From Candidatus Lustribacter sp. (lineage in GTDB: Bacteria; Vulcanimicrobiota; Vulcanimicrobiia; Vulcanimicrobiales; Vulcanimicrobiaceae): a stretch of 64,000 nt of DNA. A model generated the notes under the pieces. It saw nothing but the letters and a program-made list of their open reading frames with translations. It did not search any database and was not told the DNA's origin. Positions within the stretch are counted from its first letter, which is position 1, and the number at the start of each line of letters is the position of its first letter. Made by a program: the position numbers and the translations under genes. This document shows, one piece after another, positions 57,750-64,000 of the stretch. The stretch lies in contig OZ255842.1 of NCBI GenBank assembly GCA_965277805.1, forward strand, positions 4,000,001 through 4,064,000. Direction: 5' to 3'.

Positions 57750-58922
57750 ATGATCCGGCGGATTCTTTCCGCGCTTGCCGCCCTAGCGGTGCTTGCCGCC
57801 GCCGGCGGGGCGACGGCAGCGGAGACCTACAACATCGAGACCATCCTGCCGCTGACCGGGCCGAACTCGTTCGTCGGCAACGAGGAGCGCGAGGCGTTCG
57901 GCGTGCTGGAAACGCTGGCGAACCGCGGCGGGGGCGTTCACGGGCGCTCCATCCATTTCGCGATCCTGGATTCGCAATCGAGCCCGCAGCTGGCGGTGCA
58001 GCTGACGACGCAGCTCTTGCCCTCGCATCCGGCCGTTGTGATCGGTGACTCCGGCAACTCGACGTGCTCGGCGATGGCGCCGATCTTGGCCGGCGGCCCG
58101 GTACAGTTCTGTCTTTCGAACGGCTTCCGTCCGGTGCACGGCGGCAACTCCTACGTGATCGGCGCGTCGCCCGATCAACAGGCCGCAGCGTTTGCGAAGT
58201 ATGCGCGTGGCCGCGGCTGGCGGCGCATCGCACTGCTCAACGGCAATGACGCCACCGGCGATTCCGCCGAGACGGCGATGCTCACCGAACTCGCGAAGCC
58301 CGCCAACCGCGATTTGACGATGGTCGATAAGGAGCGCTTCAACGCAAGCGATATCAGCATCGGCGCGCAGCTGGCGAAGATTCGCGCCGCCGGCGCACAG
58401 GTGATCTCGACGTATAGCGTCGGTTCGTCGTTCGGCGTCGTCTTGCACGGTTTGCACGATGCCGGTCTCGACGTGCCCGTGTGCGCGAGCCAAGGCAACT
58501 TGTCGTACGTCGAGATGAAGCAGTTCGCCGGGATCATTCCGAGCGCGCTGTACTTCGTCTCCGGTCCGCTTCCGGCCGAAGGGCAGCCGGTCGCTGCGGG
58601 ACCGCTCAAGGCGACCGACATCGCCTACCTCAACGCGTTTCGCCGCGCTGGCATCAAACCCGATTGGGGTCATGCGGTCGCGTGGGATACCGGTTCGGTC
58701 GTCATCGGCGCGCTGCGCGCGCGCGGGCTCGATGCCGGACCGGCGCAACTGCACGGCTACTTCGACGGGCTTCACGACTTGCCGGCGATCCAGGGCATGC
58801 TCGACTTCCGCAACGGCTTGATGCGCGGCGTCGCCGACCTCCGCGTGCTGGCGTGGGACCGCGCGAAGGCAACGTGGTCGATCGTTTCACAAAACGGCGG
58901 CACGCCGATGCGCGCCGAATAG
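57750..58922 (+). CDS. LivJ-like substrate-binding protein
   Basis: Signal peptide MIRRIL; LPLTG, NRGGGVHGR, DSQSSP. Confidence 0.88.
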   Translation: MIRRILSALAALAVLAAAGGATAAETYNIETILPLTGPNSFVGNEEREAFGVLETLANRGGGVHGRSIHFAILDSQSSPQLAVQLTTQLLPSHPAVVIGDSGNSTCSAMAPILAGGPVQFCLSNGFRPVHGGNSYVIGASPDQQAAAFAKYARGRGWRRIALLNGNDATGDSAETAMLTELAKPANRDLTMVDKERFNASDISIGAQLAKIRAAGAQVISTYSVGSSFGVVLHGLHDAGLDVPVCASQGNLSYVEMKQFAGIIPSALYFVSGPLPAEGQPVAAGPLKATDIAYLNAFRRAGIKPDWGHAVAWDTGSVVIGALRARGLDAGPAQLHGYFDGLHDLPAIQGMLDFRNGLMRGVADLRVLAWDRAKATWSIVSQNGGTPMRAE

Positions 58923-58931
58923 GAGGCTGCC

Positions 58932-60209
58932 ATGCTGACGCGTGAAGAGAACGAACTGCTGTGCCGCATCGGGCCTGAGGCTCCGATGGGACGGATGCTG
59001 CGGCGCTACTGGATCCCCGCCGCGCTCAGCTCCGAGCTGGAAGCCGGCGGCGCGCCCCGGCGCGCGCGTTTGCTGGGCGAAGATTTCGTCGTCTTTCGCG
59101 GCGACGACGGGAACATCGGCGTGCTCGATGAGGCGTGTCCGCATCGCGGTGCCTCGCTCGTCCTCGCCCGCAACGAAGACTGCGCGCTGCGTTGCCTCTA
59201 CCACGGGTGGAAGGTCGATGCGGCGGGACGCGTCCTCGAGACGCCGGCCGAACCTCAGGAGCATCACTTCGCGGAGCGCGTTCGCGCCAACGCCTATCCG
59301 GCCTACGAGGCGGGCGGCATCGTGTGGACGTATCTCGGGGCGCCGGGCACCGAGCCGCGCAAGATGGAGTTCGACTGGATGTCGCTGCCGGCCGAACACC
59401 GGATCATCCAAAAGGCACGCGAGGAGTGCAACTGGGTGCAGTGCCTCGAGGGCGTGATCGATTCCGCGCACTCGGGCTTTCTGCACTCCAACGTGATCAA
59501 GCCGGTCGCGGGCGAGAAGACGATCATTCCCGAGGATCAGGGCAACACGCAGCGCCCGTCGGACGATTTGGCGCCGCGCATCGACGTCGAGAACACGCCG
59601 TACGGCTTTCGCTACGCGGCGATCCGCCGGCCGCTGATCGATCCGGAGGTGCGCGATTACGTTCGGGTGACGCTGTTCATCGCGCCGTTCATCTCGCTCT
59701 TCCCGGCGCCGAACGGTTGGACGAGTATGCAGATCTTCGTTCCGATGGACGACGAGCACACGATGTTCCACTTCGTCCAGATCCGGCACGACAAACCGCT
59801 CGACGAGCTCACCCGCACGCGCCGCGCCAAACGCTCCGGCATGCAGCTCGGCATCGACGTCGACCCGCTGACGTACCGGAAGGTCCGCAGCCGCGACAAT
59901 AACTGGCTGCAGGACCGCGCGTCGATGCGGACCGGCAGCTTCACCGGCATGCACGGCGTGAACAACGAGGACATCGCGATGCAAGAGAGCATGGGCCCCA
60001 TCTACGACCGCCGCAAAGAGCACCTCGGCGCGAGCGACGCCGCGGTGATCCGCATGCGGCGCGTCATGCTCGATGGGGTCCGCCGCTTCATCGACGACGG
60101 TGCGGCGCCGGTCGGCTTGGCCGAGCCGGTCGACTATGCGGCGCTGCGCGCCGTCGAACGGATGGTTCCGCACGGCGCGCGCTGGCAAGACGACCTCGTC
60201 GCGACGTAA
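58932..60209 (+). CDS. Rieske oxygenase alpha subunit (phthalate 4,5-dioxygenase class)
   Basis: CPHRGASL, CLYHGW, EGVIDSAHSGFLH, EDIAMQESMG. Confidence 0.93.
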   Translation: MLTREENELLCRIGPEAPMGRMLRRYWIPAALSSELEAGGAPRRARLLGEDFVVFRGDDGNIGVLDEACPHRGASLVLARNEDCALRCLYHGWKVDAAGRVLETPAEPQEHHFAERVRANAYPAYEAGGIVWTYLGAPGTEPRKMEFDWMSLPAEHRIIQKAREECNWVQCLEGVIDSAHSGFLHSNVIKPVAGEKTIIPEDQGNTQRPSDDLAPRIDVENTPYGFRYAAIRRPLIDPEVRDYVRVTLFIAPFISLFPAPNGWTSMQIFVPMDDEHTMFHFVQIRHDKPLDELTRTRRAKRSGMQLGIDVDPLTYRKVRSRDNNWLQDRASMRTGSFTGMHGVNNEDIAMQESMGPIYDRRKEHLGASDAAVIRMRRVMLDGVRRFIDDGAAPVGLAEPVDYAALRAVERMVPHGARWQDDLVAT

Positions 60210-60218
60210 CGCGCGGCG

Positions 60219-60809
60219 CTACGCGACGAGGTGGTCGTAGACGATGTTCGCGCGAGTGCGCAGCGTCGCGAGATCGCCGTCGTTGTCGATCGCGTAGGTT
60301 GCGCGGCGGCGCGCTTCGTAGGGGTCGATTTGCGCGCGCATGCGGTCGAGCACTGCCGCGCGGTCGATCCCGTCGCGTTGCATCACGCGCGCGATGCGCG
60401 CCTCCTCGGGCGCGAATACCACCACCGTCGCGTCGCACGTGCGCCAGTACTCGCCCTCGAACAGAAGCGGAATTACGTGCACCTCGAGCGCATCTGGCGG
60501 CACCTGTGCGACGAGCGCCCGGGCCAGCGCGCGCACGCGCGGATGCACGATTCCGTTGAGCACGGTACGCTCGGCCTCGTTCGCAAAGATGATGCTCGCG
60601 AGCGCCGCGCGATCGAGCGTTCCGTCGGGCGTGATAACCGACGGCCACCGCAACGCGATCTCGCCGAGACCGCGGCTGCCCGGGGCGACGGCTTCTCGCG
60701 CGAGCAGATCGGAGTCGATGATGAATGCACCGCGTTCGCGCCAGACATCCGCGACCGCGGTTTTGCCCGCACCGATGCCGCCGGTCAACCCGACGCTCAA
60801 CAAACTCAT
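60219..60809 (-). CDS. coaE: Dephospho-CoA kinase
   Basis: VGLTGGIGAGKT, LDRAAL, IVHP, IPLLFE. Confidence 0.95.
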   Translation of the reverse strand: MSLLSVGLTGGIGAGKTAVADVWRERGAFIIDSDLLAREAVAPGSRGLGEIALRWPSVITPDGTLDRAALASIIFANEAERTVLNGIVHPRVRALARALVAQVPPDALEVHVIPLLFEGEYWRTCDATVVVFAPEEARIARVMQRDGIDRAAVLDRMRAQIDPYEARRRATYAIDNDGDLATLRTRANIVYDHLVA

Positions 60810-60822
60810 CGCGCGGACAATT

Positions 60823-60854
60823 AAAAAAGGGAAGGCGATGTGCCTTCCCCTTTT
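60823..60854 (-). terminator. Intrinsic terminator after rpsA
   Basis: Minus strand GGGAAGGC-acatc-GCCTTCCC followed by a T tract. Confidence 0.85.
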
Positions 60855-60876
60855 CGTTTGCGCTACGCGCCGTTTA

Positions 60877-62034
60877 TTAAACGGGTGAAGCGAGTTCCGT
60901 GCCCAGCGGGCTGAACGCATCTTCGGGAACGAACTCGGCAAGCTCGTCCGGCGAAACGTCGGCGACGTGCTGGATCGATCCGGTGATCCGGCGCGTGCCC
61001 TGGTTGATCGTGAGCAGCGTGACCTCGACGTCTTCGCCCGGCGAGTACTGTTTCGCCGTATCGAATTCGCCCTTCGGCACCATCGCGAGCACGCCCGGAA
61101 CGATCTCGACGAGGAGATAGTTCGGGGTGACCTTGACGACTTGCGCGATCAGCTTGTTGCCTTCGAACAAGGCTTCGGCGTGCTCGACCCACGGATCGGG
61201 CAACGCGTGCTTGAGCGAGAGCGAGACCTTCTTCGCATCGGGATCGAACTTCATCACTTCGACCGAAACCGTGTCGCCGATCTTGACGACTTCCGACGGA
61301 TGCTTGATCCGCGCGTACGAGAGTTCGGAGTTGTGGATGAGGCCGTCGATGCCGCCGAGGTCGACGAACGCGCCGAACTCCGCCAACCGGACGACGACGC
61401 CTTCGCGAATTTGGCCGACTTGCAGCGTGCCGAGCAGCTCTTGCTTCTTCTGGTTGAGTTCTTCTTCCAGAACTTGGCGCTGCGAGAGCACCACGCGATG
61501 CCGCTTGTGGTCGAGGTCGATGACCTTGAGCCGCAGCTTCTTCCCGACGAGTTCGTCGAGGTTGCCGACCGGCTGGCGACGGATCTGCGAGGCGGGCACG
61601 AAGCCGCGCATCCCGAGATCGACCAGCACGCCGCCCTTGACGACTTGGGTCACGGTCGCTTCGATCACTTCGTCGTGCTCGTGCGCTTCGATGACTTTTT
61701 CCCACGTCTTGAGTGCGCGGGCGCGGCGTTCGCTCAAATACAGTTGACCATCGTTCTCATCGATACGATGGATCATCACCTCGAGTTTATCGCCGACGCT
61801 GAGTTCTTTCGGCTCGATGATGAGCGAAAGCTCGCGGAAGGGGAGAATTCCCTCGGACTTACCGCCGATGTCGACGAGCAGTTCGTCCTGATACTTTGCA
61901 ACGATGACGCCGACGAGGACTTGGCCTTCGTCGAGAACCTTGAGGCTCTCTTCGTAGAGTCGCTGTTCGAGCGCGAGTTGGTCTTCTTCTTCTTCGATCG
62001 GTGCCGGCGTCTCCGGCGAGATGGTAGCAGAAAT
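60877..62034 (-). CDS. rpsA: 30S ribosomal protein S1 (4 S1 domains; probable ATT start)
   Basis: VDIGGKSEG, VKGGVLVDLGMRGFVPASQ, FGAFVDLGGIDGLIHNSELS; frame open to ATT at 62034. Confidence 0.92.
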   Translation of the reverse strand: MSATISPETPAPIEEEEDQLALEQRLYEESLKVLDEGQVLVGVIVAKYQDELLVDIGGKSEGILPFRELSLIIEPKELSVGDKLEVMIHRIDENDGQLYLSERRARALKTWEKVIEAHEHDEVIEATVTQVVKGGVLVDLGMRGFVPASQIRRQPVGNLDELVGKKLRLKVIDLDHKRHRVVLSQRQVLEEELNQKKQELLGTLQVGQIREGVVVRLAEFGAFVDLGGIDGLIHNSELSYARIKHPSEVVKIGDTVSVEVMKFDPDAKKVSLSLKHALPDPWVEHAEALFEGNKLIAQVVKVTPNYLLVEIVPGVLAMVPKGEFDTAKQYSPGEDVEVTLLTINQGTRRITGSIQHVADVSPDELAEFVPEDAFSPLGTELASPV

Positions 62035-62061
62035 GGTGTGTGTGCTTCTTTCGTTTTGATT

Positions 62062-62877
62062 TTATTTTTGGCAGCCTCGGCACCACCAGGTACCGCGCTG
62101 ACCGAGAACCGTACGCACGATGGGTTTTCCGCATCGTCTGCACGGTTCGCCCAGCCGCCCGTAAACGTCCAGCTGGTTTTGGAACCCGCCCTTGAGCCCT
62201 TCGGCGTCGACGTAATCGTCGACGGACGTGCCCCGCGCCTCTATGGAGCGTTGCAAGACGTCGATGATCGCGCCGTGAAGCCGGCGGCGGGCCGGCCTCG
62301 TGACCTTCTGCGCGGGGCGGTTGGGACGAATCCCGGCCTCCCACAGAGCCTCGCACGCATAGATGTTTCCGACGCCCGAAATATGCTTTTGGTCGAGCAG
62401 AAACGTCTTGATCGGCGTTCGACGCCCGTCCAGCATACTCACAAAGGCCTCAGAGGTAAAGTCCTTCGAGAGCGGTTCCACCCCGCCGTCGGCATCCCAG
62501 ACCTCTTCGGCGGCAAGCAAGCGCATGCGGCCGAACTGGCGGACATCGGCAAAACACAGCCGCCAGCCGTCGGAAAACGTGAGGCGAATGTGCGTGTAGG
62601 GGTGCGGTTCCGAGACTTCCGGCGCCTGGACGATCAAGCGGCCGGTCATGCGCAGGTGCACCGTCAGTCGCCGGCCTGAGCCGAACTGGACGACGATGAA
62701 CTTCCCACGGCGGCCGACCGCCACGATGCGCTCGCCTCGCAGCGTCTCACGAAATGAGACGCCGGGCGGCGCCACGGCGATCTTGGCCATGCTGACCACA
62801 ACGTCCGCGACCGTCTTGCCGACAACCGCATTCGCGAGGCCGCGCGCGATTGTCTCGACTTCCGGGAGCTCGGGCAC
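62062..62877 (-). CDS. mutM: Formamidopyrimidine-DNA glycosylase
   Basis: PELPEVET, HLRMTG, GVGNIY, C-terminal Zn finger. Confidence 0.97.
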   Translation of the reverse strand: MPELPEVETIARGLANAVVGKTVADVVVSMAKIAVAPPGVSFRETLRGERIVAVGRRGKFIVVQFGSGRRLTVHLRMTGRLIVQAPEVSEPHPYTHIRLTFSDGWRLCFADVRQFGRMRLLAAEEVWDADGGVEPLSKDFTSEAFVSMLDGRRTPIKTFLLDQKHISGVGNIYACEALWEAGIRPNRPAQKVTRPARRRLHGAIIDVLQRSIEARGTSVDDYVDAEGLKGGFQNQLDVYGRLGEPCRRCGKPIVRTVLGQRGTWWCRGCQK

Positions 62878-62914
62878 CGGTTTCTAGAACCCGCTCCGCG
62901 CCGGAATCGTTGCG

Positions 62915-63304
62915 CTAATCGGGGCAGTCGGCGGGGGCGCCGCTCAAGCGCTCGGCTGCCATCAGGGCACGGCACTGGTTGATCGTCAGCAGCAAGATGC
63001 GCGCCGCGATCTGCTGCCCGCTGATGGTGCGATACGTGACCCGGGCCAGCAGGCCGGGCGGGACGCGCGTGACCTCCGCGCCGTTGATTTTGCCGTCGCT
63101 GCTTTCGACACCGTGAAAATCAGCCGGAACGATGAAGCCCATCGTCTGGTGGGTCTTGCCGTTGAACACCCGGATCCGGCCCGGCTGCGCGAGCTGCACG
63201 GTGCCCGAAAAGACCAGCGTCTGTGCCGATTCGGCTTTGCACACGAGGCACGGGATCGGGGTGTTCGGCGGCAGCGGAACGTTCTGGGCGAAGAGGCTAA
63301 TCAT
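62915..63304 (-). CDS. Hypothetical protein
   Basis: ORF filling the operon gap, overlaps upstream stop; CLVC and two C-terminal Cys. Confidence 0.6.
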   Translation of the reverse strand: MISLFAQNVPLPPNTPIPCLVCKAESAQTLVFSGTVQLAQPGRIRVFNGKTHQTMGFIVPADFHGVESSDGKINGAEVTRVPPGLLARVTYRTISGQQIAARILLLTINQCRALMAAERLSGAPADCPD

Positions 63305-63809
63305 CGCGCGGCGGAATCATGACCCCGCTGACGTCGAGCGACGCGCCGGGCTTGATTCCCGCGCGGGCGGCTTCCCCGGCGCCCAGTTCGATCACATACG
63401 TGCCCGTGCCCGAGCGGTGCGGAATCTTCTCATCGGGCGTGTCGACGGTCGTGGAGGGAACGTTGGCACGCACTTCGTTGACTTTGCCGCTCTTCGCGAC
63501 GAAGACCATGTCGAGCGGAATCAGCGTGTTCTTCATCCAGAAATCGCGATAGTTGTCGCCGTCGGGAAAGACGAAGATCATGCCGGTGCGCGGGGGCAAG
63601 AGCCGCACGCACATCAGCCCGTACTCGCGGCGCGACGTCGTATCGGCGACGCGCAGTTCGAGCGTTTCAGCCGGCGCGCGGACATGCACCGGGGTGGGCG
63701 CGGCGGTTTGCGCGGTAACGCAGGCGGCCGGAGTCGGCTCTGCCTGCGCGGCGCCCGGTGCGAGTGCGAACACCGCAGCGATGAAGCCGGCCCGGGCGCG
63801 TTGTGTCAT
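63297..63809 (-). CDS. DUF192 family protein
   Basis: REYGLM, GMIFVF, FWMKNTLIPLDMVF, YVIEL; start uncertain. Confidence 0.9.
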   Translation of the reverse strand: MTQRARAGFIAAVFALAPGAAQAEPTPAACVTAQTAAPTPVHVRAPAETLELRVADTTSRREYGLMCVRLLPPRTGMIFVFPDGDNYRDFWMKNTLIPLDMVFVAKSGKVNEVRANVPSTTVDTPDEKIPHRSGTGTYVIELGAGEAARAGIKPGASLDVSGVMIPPRDD

Positions 63810-63852
63810 CGGCATCGCCATCCTCATACCCACGTGTAGCCTCGGCCCTACC

Positions 63853-64000
63853 TCAGGTCTCGACCGGTTCCTCGTCGAGATCGAAGCTCTCGACTTCATA
63901 CCAATTGGTGCCGCTCTTCAGCGTCGCTTCGATCGGCACGCTCAGTTCGAGCGCGTGTTCCATCTCGTGCTTGATCGCCGCCGCCACGTCCTGCAGCGCC
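63853..64000 (-). CDS. polA: DNA polymerase I, C-terminal end (truncated by window)
   Basis: IKHEMEHALELSVPIEATLKSGTNW; upstream of mutM/coaE. Confidence 0.85.
   Translation of the reverse strand, partial: ALQDVAAAIKHEMEHALELSVPIEATLKSGTNWYEVESFDLDEEPVET

Noticed and set aside
60967-62679. 570-aa plus-strand ORF
   Set aside because: Antisense to rpsA/mutM; typical high-GC shadow frame
1-64000. tRNA, rRNA, riboswitches
   Set aside because: Intergenic gaps are short and none showed a recognisable structure by eye; an Infernal/tRNAscan run would be needed to exclude them

Overview
High-GC bacterial chromosomal window, almost fully coding, with about 66 genes. I found no rRNA, tRNA, CRISPR array or transposase. 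Gene content (Lpt/Lnt diderm envelope cluster, many orphan solute-binding proteins, polA-mutM-rpsA-coaE) resembles soil Vulcanimicrobiota/Eremiobacterota, which is an unverified impression. Two thirds of the window is aromatic-catabolism material: four phthalate/LigX-type Rieske oxygenases, LigB/LigA-type ring-cleavage genes, CoA-transferases, decarboxylase-type amidohydrolases and a multicopper oxidase. Best candidate for an undescribed system is 17.5-22.3 kb: two divergent 3-hydroxyanthranilate-dioxygenase-like cupin/rubredoxin proteins (one apparently catalytic, one degenerate) flanking a Rieske ferredoxin, plus a binding protein, a metal-less M24 enzyme and a MarR regulator with two matching operators. 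Other highlights: rpsA apparently starting at AUU, a REP-like palindrome inside a coding sequence, a lower-GC frameshifted hydrolase-GNAT fusion, an unannotated metallothionein, and a laccase with an axial Phe. All calls come from motif recognition by eye; no searches were run.
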